Assembly: GCF_001457615.1 (NCBI RefSeq)
Contig: NZ_LN831024.1
Span: 4,410,001-4,442,000 of the forward strand
Reading direction: 5' to 3'
Length of the DNA: 32,000 bases
Source of the DNA: Pseudomonas aeruginosa
GTDB lineage: Bacteria > Pseudomonadota > Gammaproteobacteria > Pseudomonadales > Pseudomonadaceae
Program-made: the position numbers and the translations under genes
Shown: piece after piece, positions 18,731 through 27,963 of the stretch
How positions within the stretch are numbered: the stretch's first letter is position 1
Layout of the letters: the number at the start of each line of letters is the position of its first letter
The notes under the pieces: generated by a model
Told to the model about the DNA's origin: nothing
The model's input: the letters and a program-made list of their open reading frames with translations, nothing else
Database searches by the model: none

Positions 18731-19113
18731 GGTCGTCCCTCCTGGTGGGGAACGAACACCACGACATTGGCACCATCCTGCTCGACGATGCGCGCCTGCA
18801 CACGGGTGCCGATCGGCAGGCTCTGGTGCCCGTCGATCCGCGACATCATGCGCACGCCCTCGTCCAGGTCGACCAGCGCGACATTGTGATTGCCGCCGCG
18901 GGAGCGATTGACAGTGATCGCGTAGAGCGTACCCAGGCCGCTGGCGGGAACCCACTCGAGATCAGTCTCGCCGCTACCCGGCACCAACTGGCGCGGGTAG
19001 AACACATGGCGACCGCTGGAACGGCTGCGCTGCAACATGAAACGGCCCTGGGCGAGAAACGCAAGGTACTGCGCCTCAGGTCCCGGAGTACTGCCATCGG
19101 GAAGATCTGCCAC
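18727..19113 (-). CDS. OB-fold DUF35/ChsH2-C-like partner protein
   Basis: QRSRSSGRHVFYPRQLVPGSGETDLEWVPASGLGTLYAITVNR...NVALVDLDEGVRMMSRIDG matches the DUF35 OB-fold pattern. ATGA overlap with the thiolase-like gene start. Confidence 0.82.
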   Translation of the reverse strand: MADLPDGSTPGPEAQYLAFLAQGRFMLQRSRSSGRHVFYPRQLVPGSGETDLEWVPASGLGTLYAITVNRSRGGNHNVALVDLDEGVRMMSRIDGHQSLPIGTRVQARIVEQDGANVVVFVPHQEGRP

Positions 19114-19222
19114 GAGGTTTCTCCTTTGTTCTTGTCGACCTTTGCTGCAAAGTGCATCGCGCTGGACGCCGAACCGGATACTGCTTCCGCCCCCGGTTGT
19201 ACGTTCCGGAAGGCCAGAATAT

Positions 19223-19238
19223 ATTCACTATCGTGAAT
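19223..19238. promoter_or_regulatory. Palindrome ATTCAC-tatc-GTGAAT in the divergent IclR/catabolic operon promoter region; candidate regulator operator
   Basis: Perfect 6-bp arms, centred between the divergent starts at 19113 (-) and 19271 (+). Confidence 0.5.
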
Positions 19239-19270
19239 GTCAATCACAATACTGAATGAAAAGAGGAAAA

Positions 19271-20071
19271 ATGACCAAGGACGCCACAACCAAAGGCACC
19301 AGCAGCAAAGATGTCGGCGCGGTAGTGAACGCCATTCAGATACTTCGCCACCTGGCCCACGCCGACGGACCGCAAGGCGTGGCCGCCATCGCTCGCGCCA
19401 CCGGTATCAGCCCGAGCAGCGCCTTCAATATCCTGCGCACCCTAAGCAACGAACGACTGACATCCTTCGACGATGCGGGCAAGACCTACCAACTGGGCCT
19501 TGGCCTGTCGGAACTGGCCGTAGGATTCGTCGGACGCAGCTATGCCGACCTGATCCAGCCAGAGCTGGAGCGACTAAGCCTTGCCCACCACATCCTCATC
19601 GCCCTGTGGCAAGTCACCGACGATGCGCACATCCGCGTCATCGCCCTTGCCGCACCGCCCGTCGCCCACGTCAACGTCGCCGTCGGCACGCGCCTGCCGG
19701 AACTGGTCGGCGCCGCCGGGCGTTGCATTGCCGGCCTGCGCGAACTGCCGGAGGACGAACTGCGCCGCCGACTGACCCGCGTGCGCTGGGAAAATCCGCC
19801 GAGCTTCGAGCGCTACCAGGCCGAAGCGACCGAGGCCGTCGAGCGCGGCTGGGCTATCGACCAGGAACACCTTTACCGCGGCGTGAGCATGGTCGCCAGC
19901 GCCATCACCGACCGCGACGGACAACCGCGCTTCGCCATCTCCGCGATCGGCATCAGCGCCCAGCACCAGCCCGACGACCTGGAACGGATCGGCACCAGCC
20001 TGCGGGATACCGCGCGCTTCGTGAGCCGCGCGCTATTTCCCCAGGGCGAGGCACTGAAGGGGAAATCCTGA
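19271..20071 (+). CDS. IclR-family transcriptional regulator (PA1015-like)
   Basis: AVVNAIQILRHLAHADGPQGVAAIARATGISPSSAFNILRTLSNERLTSFDDAGKTYQLGLGLSELA; start MTKDATTKG with SD AGAGGAAAA. Confidence 0.88.
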   Translation: MTKDATTKGTSSKDVGAVVNAIQILRHLAHADGPQGVAAIARATGISPSSAFNILRTLSNERLTSFDDAGKTYQLGLGLSELAVGFVGRSYADLIQPELERLSLAHHILIALWQVTDDAHIRVIALAAPPVAHVNVAVGTRLPELVGAAGRCIAGLRELPEDELRRRLTRVRWENPPSFERYQAEATEAVERGWAIDQEHLYRGVSMVASAITDRDGQPRFAISAIGISAQHQPDDLERIGTSLRDTARFVSRALFPQGEALKGKS

Positions 20072-20110
20072 AATGACATTCAACCCACTGAAAGATTAGC
20101 CGGCCCGCCG

Positions 20111-21010
20111 TTATCGACCCGCGACGTCGGTACCACCTTTCAACCCGAGGACCGGCAGATAACGGAGGAAGCGCCAGAATCGCTTCAGCGTCACCCGGTC
20201 CCACGCCCGCAGCGGCACCGAGCGGAACAGCTGCCAGGCATATCGCCCATCCTGGACAACAGCCTTCTTCAGCGCCTTGTTCAGGATCAGTTGCCGGGCC
20301 CGGCGATAATTCGGGTGAGCCCGATAAGGCTCGATGGCTTGCATATCCGCCTCGTAATTGAGCTTGTACCTGCCGGATAGACCGCTTCCATGCCGGCGAT
20401 AACGCCCCATGTAGGCCGGTAGTCGATGAATTTCATAGCCCTGCGCCGCGATCCTGAGGGTGATCTGGAAATCCTGCACGCGAATCGACGGGTCGAAGAA
20501 ATCCGCCCGCTTCATCGCGTCCATGCGGTAGAGCGCCGTAAGCGGCATGACCACCAGGGTCTCGGCCAATGCTGCATCGAACCCCCAACGCTCCACACAA
20601 CCCTCGCTGAAACCGTCTCGCGCCACTTCGTTACCGGCACTGTCGATACAGATATTGAAACCGCCCACGCACCCGACCTCGGGGTGCGCAAGCAAGTAGT
20701 CGACGCGCGTGTCGAGCGCTCCAGGCAGGACAATGTCGTCGAGGTCGGGAGTCATCACGAACTCCCCCCGCGCATGACGCAAACCGTGATTGAGCGCGTC
20801 GCTCACCCCTCGGTTAGCCTGGCGGTAGAGCTGGAAACCGTGACGCTCGCGGAGCATGGCGAGACGCTCATAGGTGTCGTCCGTGGATCCGTCATCCACC
20901 ACGATCAACTCGAGATTGGGATAGCCCTGCGCGTAGATACTGGCAATCGCCTCGTCCAGATACTTCGAGATATTGAAACAGGCGCAAACGACGGAAACGA
21001 GCGGTCGCAT
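20111..21010 (-). CDS. Glycosyltransferase family 2 (PA1014-like)
   Basis: MRPLVSVVCACFNISKYLDEAIASIYAQGYPNLELIVVDDGSTDDTYE; DDI acidic motif; SD GGGGAGGAAG upstream of ATG 21010. Confidence 0.9.
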   Translation of the reverse strand: MRPLVSVVCACFNISKYLDEAIASIYAQGYPNLELIVVDDGSTDDTYERLAMLRERHGFQLYRQANRGVSDALNHGLRHARGEFVMTPDLDDIVLPGALDTRVDYLLAHPEVGCVGGFNICIDSAGNEVARDGFSEGCVERWGFDAALAETLVVMPLTALYRMDAMKRADFFDPSIRVQDFQITLRIAAQGYEIHRLPAYMGRYRRHGSGLSGRYKLNYEADMQAIEPYRAHPNYRRARQLILNKALKKAVVQDGRYAWQLFRSVPLRAWDRVTLKRFWRFLRYLPVLGLKGGTDVAGR

Positions 21011-21406
21011 TTCTTCCTCCCCAGCCCCGGCTCCGGGACTCGGCACAAACCGATAACCTGGCTGTCCGCTGGAAGGAAACCGTGCCATGCAGCTCGGCCA
21101 CACATCCGCGGCGCCTTCAAGCGCCGGGATACTAAGAAGAACCGCCCCGACCATCGAAACCGGCAGGTCGCCCGACCCGGCGCTCGAAGGACAGAAAATC
21201 GGAAGCAATGGAGAAATGCGCGCTCAGCGCACCCACGAAACCCAGACAGAGCGGGACGACCACCCAGAGGAGAAGGAAGGGCAGAACGAAGGAAGGGCCC
21301 GCAGCATTCCTAGGAAAGCTGCACGACCTGGCCGGCACCCGAAACCATGGCACGGCTTTTTCGCCCGCCCCGCAGAGGGGATGCCCGAACGCTCGCCAGA
21401 AAAGAC

Positions 21407-21441
21407 AAAGCCCCCGGAACGCCAGGCATTCCAGGGGCTTT
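21407..21441 (-). terminator. Hairpin terminator candidate downstream of tRNA-Ser
   Basis: Minus strand AAAGCCCCTGGAA...TTCCGGGGGCTTT followed by GTCTTTTC. Confidence 0.65.
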
Positions 21442-21453
21442 GCTCATATGTAA

Positions 21454-21543
21454 TGGCGGAGAGATAGGGATTTGAACCCTAGGAGCCATTGCTGACTCAA
21501 CGGATTTCGAATCCGTCCCGTTCGACCACTCCGGCATCTCTCC
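21454..21543 (-). tRNA. tRNA-Ser (anticodon CGA), 3' CCA encoded
   Basis: Minus strand GGAGAGATGCCGGAGTGGTCGAACGGGACGGATTCGAAATCCGTTGAGTCAGCAATGGCTCCTAGGGTTCAAATCCCTATCTCTCCGCCA. Acceptor GGAGAGA/TCTCTCC, anticodon loop TTCGAAA, long class II variable arm and T loop are all visible. Confidence 0.96.
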
Positions 21544-21636
21544 GTGCGGCGCGCATGATACCAGCTTGTACGAAGAACGCGAAGCTTTCTTGAAGATTTT
21601 TTCGCGTTCTTTCAGATGGTTGCGCGCATTTTGAGG

Positions 21637-22347
21637 TTAAAGCGGCACGCCCAGCCGCTTGGCTACCTCTTCGTAGGCTTCGATCACATCGCCGAGGCCC
21701 TGGCGGAAGCGGTCCTTGTCCATCTTCTTGCGGGTTTCCTTGTCCCACAGACGGCAGCCGTCCGGGCTGAACTCGTCGCCGAGGACGATCTGGCCATGGA
21801 ACAGGCCGAACTCCAGCTTGAAGTCCACCAGCAGCAGACCGGCATCGTCGAACAGCTTGTTCAGCACTTCATTGACCTTGAAGGAATAGGTCTTCATCTG
21901 CGCCAGCTGCTCGGGAGTGGCCCAGCCGAAGGCCTGGACGTGGGATTCGTTGATGAACGGATCGCCCAGGGCGTCGTTCTTCAGGAACAACTCGAAGGTG
22001 GGAGGAGTCAGGGCGATGCCCTCTTCCACGCCGAGGCGACGCACCAGGCTGCCGGCGGCGAAATTGCGCACCACGCACTCGACCGGGATCATGTCGAGCT
22101 TCTTCACCAGGCACTCGGTATCCGACAGCAGCTTGTCGAACTGGGTCGGAATGCCGGCAGCTTCCAGCTTCTGCATGATGAAGGCGTTGAACTTGTTGTT
22201 CACCGCGCCCTTGCGATCGAGCTGTTCGATGCGCTTGCCGTCGAAGGCGGAGGTGTCGTTGCGGAACAGCAGGATGAGACGATCGGCATCGTCGGTCTGG
22301 TAAACCGACTTGGCTTTGCCGCGGTAGAGTTCTTCGCGTTTTTCCAT
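21637..22347 (-). CDS. purC: Phosphoribosylaminoimidazole-succinocarboxamide synthase
   Basis: [37 protein letters not shown]...[17 protein letters not shown]...[11 protein letters not shown]. Confidence 0.97.
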   Translation of the reverse strand: MEKREELYRGKAKSVYQTDDADRLILLFRNDTSAFDGKRIEQLDRKGAVNNKFNAFIMQKLEAAGIPTQFDKLLSDTECLVKKLDMIPVECVVRNFAAGSLVRRLGVEEGIALTPPTFELFLKNDALGDPFINESHVQAFGWATPEQLAQMKTYSFKVNEVLNKLFDDAGLLLVDFKLEFGLFHGQIVLGDEFSPDGCRLWDKETRKKMDKDRFRQGLGDVIEAYEEVAKRLGVPL

Positions 22348-22375
22348 GATGGGCTCCGCTTACGGGTAATAGGGC

Positions 22376-23134
22376 CTAGGCGATCTCGCGCCAATCCAGG
22401 CCTGAATGCTGATCGGCCACCTGCAGCCAGCCCGGATCGCACCCAAGGGTGTCGACGAAGGTTTGCCGGGCCAGCTGCGGCGAGTTGTTCTTTTCGCTGA
22501 GATGGGCCAGCACCAGGTGCTGCATGCGACCCCAATCCAGCTGCTTCACCAGTTCTGCGGACTGATGGTTGTTCAAGTGCCCTCGCGAACCGCCTACGCG
22601 GGCCTTGAGAAAATAGGGATACGGGCCCCCGGCAAGCATCGTGCTGTCGTGGTTGGCCTCGACCACCAGAGCATCCACCGCACGATAGCACTCCAGCACC
22701 TCGGCCGTGGCCATTCCCAGATCGGTGAGCATGCCGAAGCGCCGCTGCCCATCGGACAGCACGAACTGGGTAGGCTCGCGGGCGTCGTGCGAGACGCCAA
22801 CCACCTGCACTTCCAGCCCGCGGATCGCCAGGCGCTGGCCGGCCCTCAACAGCTCGGCGGGGTGCACCGGGCGGCGCATGCCGCTCAGGGTACCCGCACT
22901 GAGATAGACCGGGATTTGGTAATGCCGCGCCAGCAGTTCGACGCCATGGATGTGATCGGCGTGTTCGTGCGTGACCAGGATCGCGTCCAGCTGCGCGGGG
23001 CTCAGCCCCAGGCGCGCCAGACGCTTGATGATTTCACGCAGCGGGAAGCCGCAATCGATCAGTATCCGGGTGTCAGAACTGCTCACCAAGGCCGAATTGC
23101 CCCGGCTTCCGCTGCCCAGAACCGCGAACCGCAT
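22376..23134 (-). CDS. MBL-fold metal-dependent hydrolase (YycJ/WalJ-like, PA1012-like)
   Basis: [35 protein letters not shown]...[13 protein letters not shown]. Confidence 0.9.
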
Positions 23135-24263
23135 TGCGCATGCTCTCCTGGAGTTTTTCCAGTACGTTTTGCGCGACATCGGCCGGCGCAGAGGTGTTGA
23201 TGTCCTTGTCGACGGTGACCTGCACGGCGTCGCTGACGGTGGTCAGGCGGACCTGGTAGCGCTGCGCCTTGGCGTCTTCCTCTTCCTTGGTCTTCTCGCC
23301 GCCGCCGAACAGGCGACTGAAGAACCCGGGCTTGTCTTCGTCGGGCTTCTTCGCCCCTTCGGCGATGTTCACGTAGTACACGCCAAGGCTGCGGTTGAGG
23401 TCGTCGACGCGGATATCGGCGTTATCCAGGGCACGCCCGACACTGACCCAGGAGCGGTCGAAGTCGGATTGCAAGGTCAGCACCGGGTTGCCGCTGCCGT
23501 CCTTGCTCAACTCGAAGGTGCCGGGCGTGTCGTAGATCGAGTTGGCTGCCAGCAGGGAGACCGAGCCGCCCTGCTCGGCGCTGCGCGCCATGCTCGCGAC
23601 CATCTCGTCGAGCAGCGCCGCGTCGAGGCTCGGCGCCACCGACTTGCTCGGCCAGCTCGGGCTGCTGGTGTCACCGGCGGCGCGGGTCTGGCTGAGCACG
23701 TAGACCTCGCTGGTATTGCTTTGCACGCCGGGCTCGATACGCACCCGAACCCGTGCCTGGCCGTCCGGCTCGACACCGCTCACGCGGCTGCTAAGGCGGC
23801 GTGCCAGCGGCGCGGAAAGCTGCGACAGCGATTGCCAGTCGGAACTGAACTCGCCGGTCTGCGGGCGCTCGTCGGCGATGCGGAAACCGTTCTCCTCGAA
23901 GAACTGCCGGGCCACCGGCCAGACTTCCGCCGGCGGACGCTGGGCCACGACCCAGCGGCTATCACCGCTGCGCTGCAGGCTGTAGTCGCTGATGTCGCCG
24001 GCGTTGGCCAGCGGCTGCGGACGCGGAACCTCGTACTCACCCTCTTTTTCGTGGGTGGTGGCGACGTTCAGCGGAATCGGCAGCAGCGGATCGAGCGGCT
24101 TGCTGTGCACCCCTTCGGGCAATTGCATGGGAGGCGTTTCGCGGGCGCCGAGGTAGTCGTCACCGCGGTCGCGGAAATAGCCCTCCGGCCCCCACAGCCA
24201 GCCGCAGCCGGAAGTGTTGCCGATAACCAGGGCGAGGGCGGTCAGTCCAGCCAGTCGCTTCAT
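23073..24263 (-). CDS. bamC: Outer membrane protein assembly lipoprotein BamC
   Basis: Lipoprotein signal [20 protein letters not shown]; located immediately downstream of dapA, as is conserved for nlpB/bamC. Confidence 0.9.
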
Positions 24264-24280
24264 TGCGTGGAGCTCCTTGA

Positions 24281-25159
24281 TCAAGCCAATACGCCGGTCT
24301 GGCGCATGGCCTGACGCAGCGGCTCGTGGCAACGCGGGCTGAGCCAGGTCAGGGGCAGGCGGATGCCCTCGGGGATCAGACCCATCTCATGCAGGGCCCA
24401 CTTCACCGGAATGGGGTTGGATTCGATGAACAGCGCCTTGTGCAGCGGCATCAGGCGATCGTTGATAGCGCGCGCGGCTGCGGCGTCGCCGCGCATGGCG
24501 GCGGCGCACAGGTCGCTCATGGCGCGCGGCGCGACGTTGGCGGTCACGGAGATGTTGCCCTTGCCACCCAGCAGCATCAGCTCGACGGCCGTGGCGTCGT
24601 CGCCGGAATAGACGAGGAAGTCCTTGCCGACGCGCTCGATGACTTCCTTGGCGCGTTGCAGGTCGCCGGTGGCCTCCTTGATGCCGATGATGTTCGGCAC
24701 CTTGGACAGGCGCTCGACGGTCTCCGGAAGCATGTCGCAGGAGGTGCGGCCCGGTACGTTGTAGAGGATCTGCGGGATCGCAACGGCTTCGGCGATATGG
24801 CGGAAGTGCTGGTACATGCCTTCCTGGGTCGGCTTGTTGTAGTACGGCGTCACCAGCAGGCAGGCGTCGGCGCCGCCGCTTTTCGCGGCCTCGGTCAGCG
24901 CCACCGCCTCGCGGGTGGAGTTGGCGCCGGTGCCGGCGATCACCGGGATGCGGCCCTTGACCTGGTCGACCACGCGACGGATCACCTGGATGTGCTCTTC
25001 CACGTCCAGCGTGGCCGATTCACCGGTGGTGCCGACGGCGACGATGGCGTTGGTGCCTTCCTGCAAGTGGAAGTCCACCAGCTTGGCGAGGCTGTCCCAG
25101 TCCAGTCGACCCTGAGCATCGAAGGGGGTGACTAGTGCCACCATACTGCCCGCAATCAT
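24281..25159 (-). CDS. dapA: 4-hydroxy-tetrahydrodipicolinate synthase
   Basis: [48 protein letters not shown]...[14 protein letters not shown]...IGIKEATGD. Confidence 0.97.
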
Positions 25160-25342
25160 GCAACCGCTCCTGCCGCGAAATTAAAGCGGTAATGGTACTG
25201 TCGGCGGCAGGCCTTGCACAAGACGAGCGCCACCTCGTCGGAAGCCGCTGACAGGCGGCAGACGTTTCCCTCGGCGGCGCTTTTCGCTACCCTTCCCGCT
25301 TTAGGTACGGCCCGTGCCGCCAGCGTATTCCAGGAAAGTTGA

Positions 25343-25900
25343 ATGTCCACCAGCCAACCCCGCGAACAATTCCTTCTGATCAGCGCCCTCGGCCCCAATC
25401 CGATGGAGCTGACCACCCTGCTCTGCCGCGCCTGCGTCGAGAGCCGCTGCGCCGTGGTCAGCAGCCGCCTGACCCGCCACGGAGAGTTCAGCGCCCTGGT
25501 GCTGCAGATCTCCGGAAGCTGGGATGCCCTCGCCCGCCTCGAGGGCAGCCTGCCGGCCCTCACCAAGCGCGGCGACATCACCCTCAGCATGACCCGCAGC
25601 AACGCTCACGTGACCCGCGCCCAGGCGTTGCCTTACGTGGCCTATGTCAGCGCGGTGTATCGCCCGGACATCCTCAACGAACTCTGCCAGTTCTTCATCG
25701 ACCACAACATCGAGCTGGAGAACCTGACCTGCGACACCTACCAGGCGCCGCACACCAACACCACCATGCTCAACGCCACGATTACCGTGACGCTGCCCGC
25801 CGGCACCCAGATCAGTTGGCTGCGCGACCAGTTCCTGGACTTCGCCGACGCCCTGAACCTGGATGCCCTGATCGAACCCTGGCGCCCCCAACACCCCTGA
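25343..25900 (+). CDS. gcvR: Glycine cleavage system transcriptional repressor-like ACT-domain protein
   Basis: EQFLLISALGPNPMELTTLLCRACVESRCAVVSSRLTRHGEFSALVLQISGSWDALARLE, a tandem ACT-type protein, immediately upstream of bcp as is common for gcvR-bcp pairs. Confidence 0.85.
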   Translation: MSTSQPREQFLLISALGPNPMELTTLLCRACVESRCAVVSSRLTRHGEFSALVLQISGSWDALARLEGSLPALTKRGDITLSMTRSNAHVTRAQALPYVAYVSAVYRPDILNELCQFFIDHNIELENLTCDTYQAPHTNTTMLNATITVTLPAGTQISWLRDQFLDFADALNLDALIEPWRPQHP

Positions 25901-25911
25901 GGAGCCGAGCC

Positions 25912-26383
25912 ATGCCGGTCGCAATCGACAAACCCGTACCCGACTTCACCGCCCCGCAACCAGCGGCAAGGAGGTGACCCTGTCCGCGCTGAAGGGCAAG
26001 CAGGTCGTCCTGTACTTCTACCCGAAGGACAGCACCCCGGTTGCACCACCGAGGGCCAGGGCTTCCGCGACCAGTACGCGGCGTTCCAGAAGGCCAATAC
26101 CGAGGTCTTCGGCATCTCCCGCGACGGCCTGAAGTCCCACGAGAACTTCAAGTGCAAACAGGAATTCCCCTTCGAGCTGATCAGCGACAAGGATGAAGCG
26201 GTCTGCCAACTGTTCGACGTGATCAAGCTGAAGAAGCTCTACGGCAAGGAATACATGGGCGTCGACCGCAGCACCTTCCTGATCGACAGGGACGGCGTAC
26301 TGCGCCAGGAGTGGCGCGGCGTGAAGGTGCCCGGGCATGTCGACGCGGTTCTCGCCGCCGCCCAAGCGCTCAACGGCGCCTGA
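25912..26383 (+). pseudogene. bcp: Thiol peroxidase Bcp (PrxQ-type), apparently broken by two single-base losses
   Basis: MPVAIDKPVPDFTAP then frame shift near 25956; VTLSALKGKQVVLYFYPKDSTP in a second frame; shift near 26040 at the peroxidatic CTTE motif; then EGQGFRDQYAAFQKANTEVFGISRDGLKSHENFKCKQEFPFELISDKDEAVCQLFDVIKLKKLYGKEYMGVDRSTFLIDRDGV... to TGA 26381-26383. Adding two bases restores a 157-aa ORF. Confidence 0.85.
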
Positions 26384-26397
26384 GCCCCGCCCCAAAA

Positions 26398-26421
26398 AAA
26401 AGGCCGCATCCGCGGCCTTTT
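26398..26421. terminator. Bidirectional rho-independent terminator between convergent genes
   Basis: AAAAGGCCGC-atcc-GCGGCCTTTT with A-tract upstream and T-rich tract downstream. Confidence 0.88.
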
Positions 26422-26442
26422 GCATTTTTCATGCGGCCGATG

Positions 26443-27515
26443 CTATCGCGTGGCTGCCGGAGTCTCGGGAAGGTCCTTGGGCCAGGCATCCAGCACCGCT
26501 TTCACCAGGGTCGCCAGGGGGATCGCGAAGAACACGCCCAGAAGCCCCAGAGCCCGCCGAACAGCAACACCGCGCAGATGATCGCCACCGGGTGCAGGTT
26601 CACCGCCTCGGAGAACAGCAGCGGCACCAGCACGTTGCCATCCAGCGCCTGGATGATCGCGTGGGCCACCATCAGGTAGATGAACTGGTCGCTCCAGCCC
26701 CACTGGAAGAAGGCGATCATCGCCACCGGTACGCTCACCACCACCGCGCCGATGTACGGCACCACCACCGACAGGCCGACCAGCAGGGCCAGCAGCGCTG
26801 CGTAGTTGAGCCCCAGGTAGGCGAAGGCGATGTAGGTCACCGCGCCGGTAATGACGATCTCGATGACCTTGCCGCGAATGTAATTGGCGATCTGCTGGTT
26901 CATCTCGGCCCAGACCTGTTTCATCAGCCCGCGCTCGCGCGGCAGGTAGCGGTGGAACCAGGTATGGAAGCGCTTCTTGTCCTTGAGGAAGAAGAACACC
27001 AGGATCGGCACCAGCACCAGGTAGATCATGACGTTCACCACCACCGGCAGGCTGGCCAGCGACGAGGTCAGCGCCCACTGGCCGATCTGGCCGAATTCGC
27101 CGCGCGCGGTCTCGATGGCCTTGAGCACCTGCTCCTCGCTGATCAGGCTGGGATAGCGCTCGGGCAGCATCAGCAGCACGCTCTGCCATTCGCCGAGCAT
27201 CCGCGGCAGTTCGTTGAACAGGGTGAACAATTGCTGCCAGAGCAGCGGCAGCAGGACCACCAGGAACAGCGCCAGCAAGCCGAGGAACAGGCTGTAGACC
27301 AGCCACACGGCGAACAGGTGCGGCACCCGGAAGCGTTCCAGCATGCCGACCACGCCCTGGATCAGGAAGGCGATCACCATCGCCGCCAGTACCGGCGCGA
27401 GCATCCCGCCGAAGGCGAGGATGACGCTGAAGCCGAGCACCAGCATGATCGCCAGCACCACTGCCTCCTCGTCGGAGAAGTAGCGCTGCATCCAGTCGCG
27501 TAACACCTTGATCAT
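26443..27515 (-). pseudogene. AI-2E/PerM-family membrane protein (PA1007-like) with an apparent C-terminal frameshift
   Basis: N-terminal frame 27515 to 26502 reads ...DGNVLVPLLFSEAVNLHPVAIICAVLLFGGLWGFW then ACSSRSPWRPW*. The expected continuation [31 protein letters not shown] lies in the adjacent frame ending at 26443; the shift is at the GGG run 26537-26539. Confidence 0.85.
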
Positions 27516-27548
27516 CGGAAATCCTGAATCGGAACGGCGAAGGCTCCG

Positions 27549-27800
27549 CTAACGCTTGCGCAGCCAGTATCGATAGACGCCTTCGGCGGCCTCTTCGCGC
27601 AGCAGTTCATGGCCGGCGAGCTGGGCGAAGGCCCGGAAGTCTCGCTGCGACCCGGCATCGGTGGCGATCACCTTGAGCACCCCGCCGCTGGGCAGGCGGT
27701 TCAGCTCCAGCTTGGCCTTTAGCAGGGGCAGCGGACAATTGAGACCACTGGCATCCAGCTCCGCGTCACATACCAGGGGGGATGAATCGTTATCCGTCAT
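27549..27800 (-). CDS. TusA-family sulfur-carrier-like protein (PA1006-like)
   Basis: DAELDASGLNCPLPLLKAKLELNRLPSGGVLKVIATDAGSQRDFRAFAQLAGHELL contains the TusA CPxP signature. Start ATG 27800. Confidence 0.92.
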   Translation of the reverse strand: MTDNDSSPLVCDAELDASGLNCPLPLLKAKLELNRLPSGGVLKVIATDAGSQRDFRAFAQLAGHELLREEAAEGVYRYWLRKR

Positions 27801-27963
27801 GACAGCCTCTCCCGAAGGGCCGACAAGCATACCCAAGCCTATCCGCCGCTGGCCAGTTGAAACGGCGCTCGAAGTCCAACAGCTTCGGGGTCTCGGGCAG
27901 ATACCTAGGCAGTGCCGATGACCAACGGCTAAAGTAAGGCCTTTGCCAACCTGAGCCTCCTGC

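Noticed and set aside
17339-18889. 516-aa plus-strand ORF antisense to the thiolase-like gene
   Set aside because: Shadow ORF; the minus strand has clear thiolase-fold motifs and SD/overlap structure.
21208-21453. 82-aa plus-strand ORF between GT2 and tRNA-Ser
   Set aside because: Basic low-complexity translation that ends inside the terminator/tRNA region; no SD or homology signal.
22971-24314. 447-aa plus-strand ORF antisense to bamC
   Set aside because: Shadow ORF opposite a conserved dapA-bamC arrangement.
25339-25977. 212-aa plus-strand ORF overlapping gcvR
   Set aside because: Mostly an alternate frame of gcvR; its last residues (MPVAIDKPVPDFTAPQPAARR) are only the broken start of bcp.
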